DNA of 64,000 nt, taken from Brevibacterium luteolum. Its GTDB lineage: Bacteria > Actinomycetota > Actinomycetes > Actinomycetales > Brevibacteriaceae. Shown here piece by piece: positions 52,118 through 62,165 of the stretch. The translations under genes were made by a program, and so were the position numbers. Under the pieces are notes generated by a model. The model saw nothing but the letters and a program-made list of their open reading frames with translations, had not been told where the DNA came from and did not search any database. Location: NCBI RefSeq assembly GCF_013004595.1, contig NZ_JABEMC010000005.1, positions 186,001-250,000 on the forward strand. The letters are read 5' to 3'. Position 1 is the stretch's first letter. The number at the start of each line of letters is the position of its first letter.

Positions 52118-53455
52118 ATGTCAGATCAGGCCGGCCCGTCCGAGACCGCCTCAGCGCGCGCCCCGTACATCGAGGTCGATGAGACCACCGCGCGCAAGGC
52201 CGCGACCGCCGCGCTCGTCGGCACGGCGATGGAGTGGTACGACTTCTTCCTCTTCACCACTGCGGCGGCCATCGTCTTCAACGTCCAGTACTTCCACTCC
52301 GAGGACCCGGCGATGGCCACCATCCAGTCCTTCGCCACGATGGGTGTCGGCTTCGTCGCCCGCCCGATCGGCGCTTTCGTCTTCGGCCACCTCGGCGACC
52401 GGATCGGCCGTAAGGCCGTCCTCATGATCACGATCATCGGCATCGGCGTGGCCACCGGCCTCATCGGCCTGCTGCCGACGTACTTCCAGATCGGCATCTG
52501 GGCGCCGATCGCGCTCGTCGCCCTGCGCATCGTCCAAGGTCTGGCCGTCGGCGGCGAATGGGGTGGCGCGGTCACCGTCGCCGTCGAGAACGCCCCGCCC
52601 GCCAAGCGCGCCCGCTACGCCGTGTTCCCGCAGATCGGCTCCCCGATCGGCACACTCATGTCCTCCGGCGGGTTCTTCCTCATGGCGGTCATCGTGCCCA
52701 CCCAGGCCTTCGACGCCTGGGGCTGGCGGATCCCGTTCCTCGCCGCGATCCCGCTGCTGCTCGTCGCCGTCTACATCCGCAAGCAGCTGGAGGAATCCCC
52801 GATCTTCCGCGAGCTCGAAGAGGCCGGTGAGAAGGAGTCCGCCCCGGTCCTCGAACTGTTCCGCAAGTCGTTCCCGCAGGTGCTCGTCGGGATGGGCGCG
52901 AACTTCCTCGGCGTCGGCGGGTTCTTCCTCGTCACCACCTTCGTCGTCTCCTACGGCACCGGCGTGCTCGGCATGACCAAGCCGCTCATGCTCGGCGCAA
53001 CCCTGGCCGCCGCTGCCATCGAGATCGTCGTGCTCATCTACTTCGGTCGCCTGGCCGAGCGCCTCGGCGTCTCCCGCGTGGCGGTCATCGGCAGTGTCGC
53101 GACGATTGTCATCGCCTTCCCGATCTTCCTCATGATCGAATCGACCGTCCCCGTGCTCGTGATCCTCGGCGTCACCATCGGCGTGGCCTGCCTGTCGATC
53201 CCGTACGCCGTCAACGGTGCGCTGACCACCGCACTGTTCCCGCCCTCGCACCGCCTGTCCGGTGTGGCGATCTCAGCGAACCTCTCAGCGATGGTCTCAG
53301 GCTTCGTGCCGATGCTCGCGACGGTGTTCCTCGCCGCGACCGACAACGCCTGGTGGCCGGCCCCGGCGATGCTTGCCGTCATCGCCGCGATCACCGGCAT
53401 CTGCTCGCTCATCGCCCCGCGGGTCTCCGAGGACATCCCCGGCTACCTGCGCTGA
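52118..53455 (+). CDS. MFS transporter, metabolite:H+ symporter (MHS) family
   Basis: EWYDFF, GHLGDRIGRK, GGEWGGA, WGWRIPF, EESP. Confidence 0.94.
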   Translation: MSDQAGPSETASARAPYIEVDETTARKAATAALVGTAMEWYDFFLFTTAAAIVFNVQYFHSEDPAMATIQSFATMGVGFVARPIGAFVFGHLGDRIGRKAVLMITIIGIGVATGLIGLLPTYFQIGIWAPIALVALRIVQGLAVGGEWGGAVTVAVENAPPAKRARYAVFPQIGSPIGTLMSSGGFFLMAVIVPTQAFDAWGWRIPFLAAIPLLLVAVYIRKQLEESPIFRELEEAGEKESAPVLELFRKSFPQVLVGMGANFLGVGGFFLVTTFVVSYGTGVLGMTKPLMLGATLAAAAIEIVVLIYFGRLAERLGVSRVAVIGSVATIVIAFPIFLMIESTVPVLVILGVTIGVACLSIPYAVNGALTTALFPPSHRLSGVAISANLSAMVSGFVPMLATVFLAATDNAWWPAPAMLAVIAAITGICSLIAPRVSEDIPGYLR

Positions 53456-53527
53456 GTCGATTGGCTCCGGCGGCCCGGGGGCTGCCGTTCCCGAGGCGGT
53501 GGCCGACGGCCGACGCTGCGCCCGGCG

Positions 53528-54778
53528 TCACGGCCCCAGCAGCGCAAGCGGCACAACGGCGATCCCATCGGGACGGCGGTATGCCGTCGTCCCTGTGGTG
53601 ACGACCACGAGGTCTGCAATCCGGTCTGGAATCTGGTCGCGCAGCCACAGTAGATGTCTGACGTCTGCAGGGGAGACACTGGGCGTGAGTTTGACCTCGC
53701 AGCCGACGACCTGCCCATCGACGCCTTCGACGATGAGATCGACTTCGCGATCTCCGCCATACATCCGCAGATGTCTCACGCGGGCTTCCGCGGCTTGAGC
53801 AGCGACTTTTACGCTCAATGTGACAAGCGATTCGAAGAGGGGACCCAGCATATGCGAACCCGTTCTCCCTACCAGGGAACCAGCAGACAGGCCCAGCAGT
53901 CGTGCCGCCAGCGCAGGGTCGGCGAGATGGTGCTTGGGTGCTTCCTGGAGTCTGCGCAGATCATTGTGTGCTGGCAGCCAACCAGGAACCGGGTCGAGCA
54001 GCCACAGCCGGGTGAGGTGCTCCCGATACGCCATTGTGGTCGTCTTCGCCGGCTGTGAACCGTCGCCTCCGGTGGTGGCATCGAGTATTTTCGAGTAGGC
54101 CGTCGTCGTGGACACAGCCGCCGCATAGGCGGCAAGCCACCGGCGCAGCACCTCTGGACGACGCACACGAAAACCCGAATCCGGAAGCTCACGGTCGATG
54201 ATTCTGTCGATGTAGGAGTCGAGCATTGCTCGTCTGACTCGCGGCGCGGCCGTCATGACGCCCGGGAATCCACCAGCGGCGATGGACTCTGCATAGTCGG
54301 CGACGGTGAACTGGGACTCCCCTTCGATCGCGCGCTGCTCCCCGCTCAGCAACGCAGCCAACGACACGGTGGGTGTCACGGCGCCTCGCTCATGCAGCGC
54401 CATCGGCCGCATCCGGAGCGAGAGGATCCGTCCTGCTCCGCTATGCGTACCAGCGGCATCCGTTGGAGTCGCCGACCCTGTCAGGAGAAACCGGCCGGGT
54501 TCAGCTCCGGCATCGACCCGCCGGCGGACTGCATCCCATACCTGCGGGAGCTTCTGCCATTCATCGATGAGCAGCGTGCCTTGTGGCACTGCTGAAAAGG
54601 TGAAGTCGGCGGCGGCGATCTCTCGCTGCCCAGGGTCATCGAGCATCCACTCTGTGGAAGCCCGCCGAGAAGCGGTATCGGTCTTGCCGACGCCCTTGGG
54701 GCCGTCGATGGCGATAGCCGGCGCCATCGACATGAGATCGTCCAGCTCCGTATCAATCGTTCGACGCTGATAATCCAT
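53528..54778 (-). CDS. AAA+ ATPase with DUF4143 and a C-terminal PD-(D/E)XK-like domain
   Basis: Walker A GPKGVGKT, Walker B LIDEWQ, FLLTGS, SGAGR, GGFP, K-x-HLADP, FESLV, EVDLIV...EVK; lower GC than flanks. Confidence 0.9.
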   Translation of the reverse strand: MDYQRRTIDTELDDLMSMAPAIAIDGPKGVGKTDTASRRASTEWMLDDPGQREIAAADFTFSAVPQGTLLIDEWQKLPQVWDAVRRRVDAGAEPGRFLLTGSATPTDAAGTHSGAGRILSLRMRPMALHERGAVTPTVSLAALLSGEQRAIEGESQFTVADYAESIAAGGFPGVMTAAPRVRRAMLDSYIDRIIDRELPDSGFRVRRPEVLRRWLAAYAAAVSTTTAYSKILDATTGGDGSQPAKTTTMAYREHLTRLWLLDPVPGWLPAHNDLRRLQEAPKHHLADPALAARLLGLSAGSLVGRTGSHMLGPLFESLVTLSVKVAAQAAEARVRHLRMYGGDREVDLIVEGVDGQVVGCEVKLTPSVSPADVRHLLWLRDQIPDRIADLVVVTTGTTAYRRPDGIAVVPLALLGP

Positions 54779-54846
54779 GCACTGCCCTTTCCGCACTCTG
54801 CGCGATCACCCGCACTCGTTGCCCGAGTGCCAACGGCAGCCCGTTG

Positions 54847-54932
54847 ACACTACCATCTACGACACTCGAACACTCCCTTACACGACACTTATACACTACC
54901 ATCCACGATACCTGAACACTACCATTCACGAT
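54847..54932. repeat. 4 x 23-bp imperfect tandem repeat upstream of the DUF4143 ATPase
   Basis: ACACT(A/C)CC(A/T)TNNACGA units at 54847, 54870, 54893 and 54916. Confidence 0.9.
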
Positions 54933-55059
54933 CGCACGTGAAGCGGTTCCGACCTGAACCCAGAACAACCCGGATTCTCCATCCAGACGACGGCGGGCGC
55001 GCTGCGCGCCGGACGGCACGGCCCTGCACGCGGGCTGGAATCTGTGATTGAGTGTGGGT

Positions 55060-56796
55060 ATGACGCGCATCACCTCCACTGCTGACTCCTCCCCTGCCGC
55101 CTCCGCCCAGGACTCCGCCGCCGGCCCCGATGCCCCCGCCTCCCGTTCGGCTGGGCACCTCATCGTCGCCCAGCTCGAAGCCGAGGGCGTCGAGCGCATC
55201 TACTGCGTGCCCGGCGAGTCCTACCTCAATGTGCTCGACGGCCTGCACGATTCGACCATCCGCACCATCACCTGCCGGCAGGAGGCCGGTGCCGGGTTCA
55301 TGGCACTGGCCGAGGGCCGGATGACCGGCCGGCCGGGCATTGCGATGGTCACCCGCGGGCCGGGTGCGGCCAATGTCATGATCGCCGTGCACACCGCCTA
55401 CCAGGACGCCACGCCTCTCGTCATCTTCGCCGGCCTCATCCCCACCGACCACCGCGGCCGCGAGGCCTTCCAGGAGTTCGATCTGGCTGGCTGGTTCGGC
55501 ACGACGGTGAAGAAGACCCTCATCCTCGACCACCCCGATGAGGCCGCAGCCCTCGTCGCCGATGCGATGCACACCGCCGCCTCCGGCCGGCCCGGCCCGG
55601 TCATCGTCGGTCTCCCCGAGGACCCGCAGCTCATCACCACCCAGGCGGACACCGTCACCCCGCGCCCCGTTCCCGAGGTGGTGCCCACCGCCGCACAGAT
55701 CGCCTCAGTCGCCGAGGCGGTCGCCAGAGCCCGCCGCCCGGTGCTCATCGTCGGCGGCGAGCGCTGGGATGAGCAGTCCTCCCGCACGGTCGCTGACTGG
55801 GCGGCCGGGCTCGGGATGGGCATCATCGCCGACTTCCGCGCCTACGACGGCATCGACCATGATGAGCCGCACTACCTCGGTGCGCTCGGCTTCGGTTCGG
55901 CACCCCTGACCCGCAAGGCCTTCGACGAGGCCGACCTGCACGTCTACCTCGGCTGCCAGCGCACCGATGTCTCAACGAACTCGTACTCGATCGGCTGCAG
56001 CCCGGACCACACGATCGTCATCAGCCCTGATCCTGACCTGCATGCACACTTCGGGCCGGTCGATGAGCAGATCATCGCCACCACCCGTGGCTTCGCCCAA
56101 GCACTCACCAGCACTGACGCAACGACCGGCACCGAGGCGACCACCGCCTCGGGAACGGAGACGAACCTGCCCGACTGGGTCACCGAGACCCGGCAGCGGT
56201 TCCAGCAGTGGCGCGAGATCCCAGCACCGACTGGTGATGAGGACCCGGCCTATGTTGATATGGACACCGCCTTCGGCGAGGTGCGCCGCCTGCTGCCGGA
56301 TGATGCGATCATCACGTATGGGGCGGGCAACTACTCCGGCTGGGCCTCGCGCTACCTGCCGGTGCACAGCTTCCCGTCAGTGCTCGGCCCGCGCAACGGG
56401 GCGATGGGCTTCGGGATGCCGGCGGCGGTGGCGGCTGCGCTCGTGTGCCCGGACCGCCCGGTGCTCGCCGTCGCCGGCGACGGCTGCTTCCTCATGAACG
56501 GCCAGGAGTTCGCCACCGCGGTCGCCCATGACCTGAATATCACCGTCATCATCAACGACAACAGCGTCTACGGCACGATCGTCGGCCACCAGGAGCGCGA
56601 CTATCCCGGCCGGCCGGAAGGCACTGGGCTGAAGAATCCGGACTTCGCCGCCTACGCCACCGCCTTCGGCGGCGCCGGATTCAGTGTGACCCGCACTGAG
56701 GACTTCGCGGCCGCCTTCGAAGCGGCGCTGAACCATCCGGGTCCTGCGCTCGTGCAGGTGCGCACTGACCCGGCGATCCGCTTCACCCGCAGCTGA
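55060..56796 (+). CDS. ThDP-binding enzyme (acetolactate synthase-like)
   Basis: VPGESYL, RQEAGAGFMA, VTRGPGAAN, GAMGFG, GDGCFLMNGQE...NDN. Confidence 0.92.
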   Translation: MTRITSTADSSPAASAQDSAAGPDAPASRSAGHLIVAQLEAEGVERIYCVPGESYLNVLDGLHDSTIRTITCRQEAGAGFMALAEGRMTGRPGIAMVTRGPGAANVMIAVHTAYQDATPLVIFAGLIPTDHRGREAFQEFDLAGWFGTTVKKTLILDHPDEAAALVADAMHTAASGRPGPVIVGLPEDPQLITTQADTVTPRPVPEVVPTAAQIASVAEAVARARRPVLIVGGERWDEQSSRTVADWAAGLGMGIIADFRAYDGIDHDEPHYLGALGFGSAPLTRKAFDEADLHVYLGCQRTDVSTNSYSIGCSPDHTIVISPDPDLHAHFGPVDEQIIATTRGFAQALTSTDATTGTEATTASGTETNLPDWVTETRQRFQQWREIPAPTGDEDPAYVDMDTAFGEVRRLLPDDAIITYGAGNYSGWASRYLPVHSFPSVLGPRNGAMGFGMPAAVAAALVCPDRPVLAVAGDGCFLMNGQEFATAVAHDLNITVIINDNSVYGTIVGHQERDYPGRPEGTGLKNPDFAAYATAFGGAGFSVTRTEDFAAAFEAALNHPGPALVQVRTDPAIRFTRS

Positions 56797-56827
56797 GCGG
56801 CCGGCAGCCAGACGAAGGAGGTCTGAG

Positions 56828-58522
56828 ATGCGACTCGACACGATCATCCGCAATGCCCGCATCCACACGATGGCCGGTGATGGCGCGCCCGCGCCCGAGG
56901 CGGTGGGGATCGCCGGTGGCCGGATCGTCGCCTTCGATGATGAGCTGGAGGGCTCGTACGCCTCGGCCGGCGAGGTCGTCGATGCCGCCGAGCTGACCGG
57001 TGATGCAGGCGGTGCTGGCGGTGGTGCGGGTGCGGGTGTGCCGACGGTGGTGCCCGGGTTCATCGACGCGCACTGTCACACGACGTGGTTCGGGCTGACG
57101 CTTGCCAGTGTCGATGTCGAGAACTGTCCCGGCGGCCTCGATGAGGTCTACGGCCGGCTGGCCACGGCTGCCGAGAAGCTGCCTGACGGTGAGTGGGTGC
57201 AGGCGACCGGGTACTCCCACCACGACTACGGTGGCGCCTATCCGGACCTCACCGTCCTCGACCGGATCACCGGTGGCCGGCCACTGTTCATGCGGCAGGT
57301 GAGCGGCCATTCGGCGATCGTCAACACCGCCGCCCTGCGTGCTGCCGGAATGCTCGAACCCGGCTACACGGATCCGGCCGGCGGCAAAGTCGTCCGCGAC
57401 GCCGACGGCCGCCCGACCGGGCTGGTCGAGGAGACCGCGCAGACGCAGGTGCAGGATCTCATCCGGCCGTATTCGGTCGAGACGATCGTCCACGCCCTCG
57501 ACCTGGCCACCGCCCACTACGCGAAGGAGGGGATCACGAGCTTCGGTGAGGCCGGGATCGCCGCAGGCTGGATCGGGCATTCGCCGCTGGAGGTCTACGC
57601 CTACCAGCAGGCCCGCCAGGCCGGGCTGCTGCGGGCGCGTGCCCAGCTCATGCCCGTCATCGACGCCCTCCACCCAATCCACGGCCACGCCGCCGACACC
57701 CCGGAACTCGGGCTCGACCTCGGCATGGTCACCGGGTTCGGGGATGACGAGATCCGCATCGGCCCGGTCAAGATCTTCATGGACGGCGCACTGTCGGGCC
57801 GAACCGCGGCACTGCACGAGCCCTATGTCGGCCAGTCCGATGCCGGGTACCTGCAGGACGACCCCGAAGTGCTGCGCGCCCAGACCCTGGCCGCCTACCG
57901 GTCCGGCTGGTCAGTGGCCGTCCACGCGATCGGCGACCGGGCTGTCGATGAGGCGATTCACAACATCACCGCAGCCGTCGATGAGTGCGGGCCACGGGCG
58001 TTTCCCAACCGGATCGAACACGCCGGGATGATCCGCACCGAGCAGCTGCCTGTCCTTGCCGAGTACGGCATCGCGGTGACCCCGCAGGCGGCGTTCTTCG
58101 ACAACATCGGCGACGGCATGCTCGACGCGATCGGTGAGGAGCGCGCCCACCTGCTCTACCGCGGCCACTCCTTCCTCGAGGCCGGCGTGACGCTGGCCGG
58201 CAGCTCGGATCGGCCGTGCGCGGAGGGCAATGTGCTGCGCGGCATGCAGTTGTTCATGACCCGCCTGACCCGCTCCGGCCGCGTCTCAGGACCCAGCCAC
58301 GAACGCCTGTCCGCGCACGAGGCGCTGGCAGCCTACACCTCGGGCGCGGCTGCCGCGATGGGCATGACCGGCACACATGCCGGCCGGGCCGGTGAGCTCA
58401 CCCGCGGGGCGCTGGCCGACCTCGTCATCGTCACCGGTGACCCGCTGGACACCGCTGCCGAGGCGGTGACCGGGCTGGGTGTGAAGGCGACGATGCGCGG
58501 CGGGCAGTGGACGCACCGGTGA
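56828..58522 (+). CDS. YtcJ-like amidohydrolase (Amidohydro_3)
   Basis: PGFIDAHCH, SGHSAIVN, KIFMDG, HAIGD, RIEHA, GSSD. Confidence 0.92.
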   Translation: MRLDTIIRNARIHTMAGDGAPAPEAVGIAGGRIVAFDDELEGSYASAGEVVDAAELTGDAGGAGGGAGAGVPTVVPGFIDAHCHTTWFGLTLASVDVENCPGGLDEVYGRLATAAEKLPDGEWVQATGYSHHDYGGAYPDLTVLDRITGGRPLFMRQVSGHSAIVNTAALRAAGMLEPGYTDPAGGKVVRDADGRPTGLVEETAQTQVQDLIRPYSVETIVHALDLATAHYAKEGITSFGEAGIAAGWIGHSPLEVYAYQQARQAGLLRARAQLMPVIDALHPIHGHAADTPELGLDLGMVTGFGDDEIRIGPVKIFMDGALSGRTAALHEPYVGQSDAGYLQDDPEVLRAQTLAAYRSGWSVAVHAIGDRAVDEAIHNITAAVDECGPRAFPNRIEHAGMIRTEQLPVLAEYGIAVTPQAAFFDNIGDGMLDAIGEERAHLLYRGHSFLEAGVTLAGSSDRPCAEGNVLRGMQLFMTRLTRSGRVSGPSHERLSAHEALAAYTSGAAAAMGMTGTHAGRAGELTRGALADLVIVTGDPLDTAAEAVTGLGVKATMRGGQWTHR

Positions 58523-58582
58523 ACCGGCCGGCACTCCAGCGTCTTCCCAGCGCGTGAGTCGCTGGCGGCTACAGTGGCACCC

Positions 58583-59197
58583 ATGGGCTATCAGACACTG
58601 CGTCGGGAGGCGCATGCCGAGATCGAGATCAAGCGCTCGCGCTTCATCGCCCGCGTCGTTCCAGTCGAGACCGAGGAGGCCGCCCGTGCGGTCATTGAGG
58701 AGCAGCGGGCTGCGCATCCGAAGGCTCGCCATCACTGCACGGCCTTCATCCTCGATGCCGATGGGCGCACACAGCGCTTCAACGACGACGGCGAGCCGGC
58801 CGGTACGGCCGGTGCCCCGATCCTGGAGGTGCTCACCGGCCATGAGCTGACGTATGTGGTGGCGGTGGTGACCCGGTACTTCGGCGGCACGCTGCTGGGC
58901 GCCGGCGGGCTCGTGCGCGCCTACGGCGGGGCGGTCTCCGCGGCACTCGAGGACGCGCAGGTGGTGACCCGTACGCTGCTGACCCCGGTGACGGTTGAGT
59001 TGAACTATGCCACGGCGGCTGCCGCCCAGCGGCAGGCCCAGCAGGCCGGATGGGAGGTCATCGACAGCGACTACAGTGCCAGCGTGCGGCATGTCTTCGC
59101 GGTGCCAGCTGACGAGGTGGAAGCGTGTGCAGCGATGCTCGCTGACGTCTCGGCAGGACTCGCCGCTCCCGAGGTGGGGGATCCGGTCTATCGCTAG
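58583..59197 (+). CDS. yigZ: YigZ/IMPACT family protein
   Basis: IKRSRFIA, DDGEPAGTAG, VTRYFGGTLLGAGGLVRAY. Confidence 0.93.
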   Translation: MGYQTLRREAHAEIEIKRSRFIARVVPVETEEAARAVIEEQRAAHPKARHHCTAFILDADGRTQRFNDDGEPAGTAGAPILEVLTGHELTYVVAVVTRYFGGTLLGAGGLVRAYGGAVSAALEDAQVVTRTLLTPVTVELNYATAAAAQRQAQQAGWEVIDSDYSASVRHVFAVPADEVEACAAMLADVSAGLAAPEVGDPVYR

Positions 59198-59319
59198 GCC
59201 GGCTGCAGTGCCGGATCGGTTGGTGTCACTGCGCCGGCTGGTCGGTGCTCGGCTGGGAGCAATGCCGGTGGGGATCAGTGCCCGTCTGGGACCGGTGTTC
59301 GGCTGGGATCGGTGCGTCG

Positions 59320-59820
59320 TCAGTCGAGGCTGGCGATACGGGCGACCTGTGCATTGGTGAGCATGACGAGGTCATCGGGACGCAGTTCGATCTCCAAGCC
59401 GCGGCGGCCGGCTGAGACGTAGACGGTGGAGAAGTCCTGAGCGGAGAGATCCATGACCACCGGCGAGGAGTTGCGCTGGCCGAAGGGGCTGACGCCGCCG
59501 ATCATGTAGCCGGTGCGGCGCTCGGTTTCGGCGATGCCGGTCAGCTGAGCTTTCTTGCCGCCGCACACGCCGGCGATCGCCTTGAGATCAAGCTGTCCGG
59601 AGACGGGCACAAGTGCGACGACTGGTTCCTGATCGACGTGGATCATGAGCGTTTTGAGGATTCTGCCGGATTCGACGCCGAGCTTCTCTGAGGCTTCGGT
59701 GCCGTAGCGGCGGCGGGCCGGATCGTGGTCGAACTCATGAACCGAGTAATCGATGCCGGCGAGGTTGAGCACGCGCAGGGCGGGGGTAGCCGCGGCGTGT
59801 GATCGAGCTGCAATCGACAT
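59320..59820 (-). CDS. ybaK: Cys-tRNA(Pro) deacylase
   Basis: TPA, ILKTL, TGYMIGGVSPFGQ, SAGRRG. Confidence 0.93.
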   Translation of the reverse strand: MSIAARSHAAATPALRVLNLAGIDYSVHEFDHDPARRRYGTEASEKLGVESGRILKTLMIHVDQEPVVALVPVSGQLDLKAIAGVCGGKKAQLTGIAETERRTGYMIGGVSPFGQRNSSPVVMDLSAQDFSTVYVSAGRRGLEIELRPDDLVMLTNAQVARIASLD

Positions 59821-60006
59821 GGGTGTTCGCTGCCTCCTGCCTGCCGGGTCAGTCGGGGACCTGACGGTTCGGCGGGCCGGTGTGTAGGTGCTGATCGGAC
59901 GGGTGGACGACAGCTACTTTAAATGACCGATCAGTCCGATGACCAATCTTTTGTCCGTCCCCGACAATCCGGTAGGAGATCAGGGGCGGATCCAGAAGCG
60001 TTTTTG

Positions 60007-60426
60007 TCAGCCCCAGCCGAGTTCGTGGAGGCGTTGGTCATCGATGCCATGATGGTGGGCGATCTCGTGGACGATCGTGGTGAGGATCTCCTCGCGCAGC
60101 CGTTCGGCCGTACGGGAGAACTCGATGAGGTTGATGCGGTAGAGGAAGATGACGTCTGGGGGCACAAAGGCCCACGGGTCGCCGCGCTCGGTCAGCGGGA
60201 TGCCGTCGTAGACACCGAGGATGTCCGGTTCCTCCGGCGGGGGCTCGTCCTCGGCGAAGAGGACGACATTGTCCATGTAGTCGAGCACACCTTCCGGCAG
60301 CTCGCCCATCACCTCGTCGACGAGGTCGTCGAAGATCGCGTACAGCGCATCGAAGGTCGCATCGTCGATCGGCTCGAGTGACTCGTGCTCGCCGGGACCC
60401 GCATGATCAGGGTGACCGCATGTCAT
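60007..60426 (-). CDS. Zincin-like metallopeptidase (DUF1025)
   Basis: LGVYDGIPLTER, HEIAHHHGIDD; start uncertain. Confidence 0.88.
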   Translation of the reverse strand: MTCGHPDHAGPGEHESLEPIDDATFDALYAIFDDLVDEVMGELPEGVLDYMDNVVLFAEDEPPPEEPDILGVYDGIPLTERGDPWAFVPPDVIFLYRINLIEFSRTAERLREEILTTIVHEIAHHHGIDDQRLHELGWG

Positions 60427-60644
60427 GGCCTCAGTCTACTGAGACACCTCAGTCCACTGAGGCGAGCCGACTGGCAGGCGGAGTGAGCGAGGGAGCGCGG
60501 ACCACCTCGGGTGCGGTGAGCGACATCACAGGAAAAGTCCGCCGACCCGTTTTGCAAATCCACCGAGCGGTGCGCTAAGCTATCGGAGGTTCATGCGCCG
60601 GACAAACCGGAGCTGACAGCCTCATCGGGAGACTGATGCGGGAG

Positions 60645-60717
<73 letters not shown>

Positions 60718-60760
60718 CGTGTAGGATGGAGTTCGCCCCATCCGGCACACAAATGAATAA

Positions 60761-60834
60761 GGCCCTGTGGCGCAGTTGGTTAGCGCGCCGCCCTGTCACG
60801 GCGGAGGTCGCGGGTTCGAGTCCCGTCAGGGTCG
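60761..60834 (+). tRNA. tRNA-Asp(GTC)
   Basis: Cloverleaf; anticodon arm CCGCC-CTGTCAC-GGCGG. Confidence 0.97.
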
Positions 60835-60844
60835 CGGAGCAATC

Positions 60845-60870
60845 GGCTCTTCTGTTTCAGAAGAGCCTTT
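60845..60870 (+). terminator. Hairpin with T-tract after tRNA-Asp
   Basis: GGCTCTTCTG-ttt-CAGAAGAGCC-TTT. Confidence 0.6.
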
Positions 60871-60915
60871 GTTCTATCAGCAGGCAGACGAGCTGCGCTC
60901 GCTGCCAGCGGATCT

Positions 60916-60991
60916 GGCTCTGTAGCTCAGTTGGTAGAGCGTTCGACTGAAAATCGAAAGGTCACCGGATCGACGCCGGTCGGAGCCACCA
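60916..60991 (+). tRNA. tRNA-Phe(GAA)
   Basis: Cloverleaf; anticodon loop CTGAAAA; encoded CCA. Confidence 0.97.
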
Positions 60992-61018
60992 GAAGAACCG
61001 AAACTAGGTGTCTAGAGC

Positions 61019-61067
61019 AAAACCCCTGGTCAGAGCGGAAATCACCACCGCACAGGCCGGGGGTTTT
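61019..61067. terminator. Bidirectional terminator-like hairpin between tRNA-Phe and the integrase
   Basis: AAAACCCCTGGTC...GGCCGGGGGTTTT. Confidence 0.65.
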
Positions 61068-61074
61068 CGCTTGC

Positions 61075-62127
61075 TCAGACCTCATCTGCCACTGACTCAC
61101 CGTGACCTCCTTGCGTAAGCTCAGACATGGACCCGTAGAACCGTTCGACCGTGCGCCGCGCAGCCTGCTTGCCCGCTGTCGTGTAGAGACTCGTCACCGC
61201 GAGAGACGAGTGACCCATGAACTCGCGGACATCGTGGGCAGGGATACCGGCATCCAGCCACGCCGTCGCCGCGTGATGCCGCAAGTCGTGCCAGCGGAGA
61301 CCCGGACGTACCTCGTCCCGCAGCTGTCGCCAACGCAGCTCGCGCGCCAAGTTCGACGGGTGCACCGGCTTACCAAGAGGACTCGTGCACATCAGCGTGC
61401 GCGGGTCTGCCGCAGCGAGGTCAACCCCGTGGGCCTCGATGCTATCCAGCAGCTCTGGCAGTATCGGCACGTAACGCGGCTTCCCGGACTTCGTTGTCAC
61501 TCGGTGCCCTTGCCGGTCCAACTGCGCATTGACCAACAGCAACCGCCGTTCCAGCTCGGCCTGCCCAACTGTGACTGCGGTAGCTTCCGAGAGCCGCAGC
61601 CCGGCGTATGCCATGAACCCGAACAGCAGCCGATAGCGGCGCGGGACCACCGTAAATAGCTGCGACAACTGCGTTTCTGTCAGCGCGTACGAGTCACGCG
61701 GTTCCGCCTTCTGCCGGGGCAGCTCAATCTGCTTCGCAGGATTCGCCCATATCAACCGTTCGCGCACCGCCCGCTGAAGAATGCGCGAGAGCACAGCCCT
61801 CGCATCCGTCTTAGTCGAACGAGCCCCTGACCACGAGAAGTACGCGTCCTCAATATCCATCGGTGACAGCTCATCCAGCCGATAATCACCCAGCGACGGA
61901 CGGACGCGCAGCCGCCAGCCAATTTCGTATGACGTCCGTGTTGACTTCGAGACCTGACGGAGCACCGCAGGCAGATGCTCAGCGCCAAAATCTGCGAGAG
62001 TTGGTAAGGTCGCCGCTCGTGTCCCTTTTAGTGTTTGCTCATCGACTCGGGTGAGGGCACCCGGCAAAATGCTGCGCATTTCACCGGCTATCGACACGGC
62101 CCCGGTCATTCGCTCTGCCGCACCCAC
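61075..62127 (-). CDS. Tyrosine recombinase/integrase
   Basis: Catalytic R (GLRLSEA), K (TKSGK), HDLRH, GHSS, Y (TSLY); converges on tRNA-Phe. Confidence 0.93.
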   Translation of the reverse strand: MGAAERMTGAVSIAGEMRSILPGALTRVDEQTLKGTRAATLPTLADFGAEHLPAVLRQVSKSTRTSYEIGWRLRVRPSLGDYRLDELSPMDIEDAYFSWSGARSTKTDARAVLSRILQRAVRERLIWANPAKQIELPRQKAEPRDSYALTETQLSQLFTVVPRRYRLLFGFMAYAGLRLSEATAVTVGQAELERRLLLVNAQLDRQGHRVTTKSGKPRYVPILPELLDSIEAHGVDLAAADPRTLMCTSPLGKPVHPSNLARELRWRQLRDEVRPGLRWHDLRHHAATAWLDAGIPAHDVREFMGHSSLAVTSLYTTAGKQAARRTVERFYGSMSELTQGGHGESVADEV

Positions 62128-62165
62128 AGCAGACTCCCGTCCTCAAATTTCCCCATGAGGTTGCG

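Noticed and set aside
54847..54932. CRISPR or guide-RNA array
   Set aside because: The period is only 23 bp with about 7 variable nt, too short for CRISPR spacers; kept as an unexplained repeat.
59215..59318. Degenerate approximately 17-bp repeats (CTGGGATCGGTG-like) between yigZ and ybaK
   Set aside because: Too degenerate; probably slippage-derived filler.
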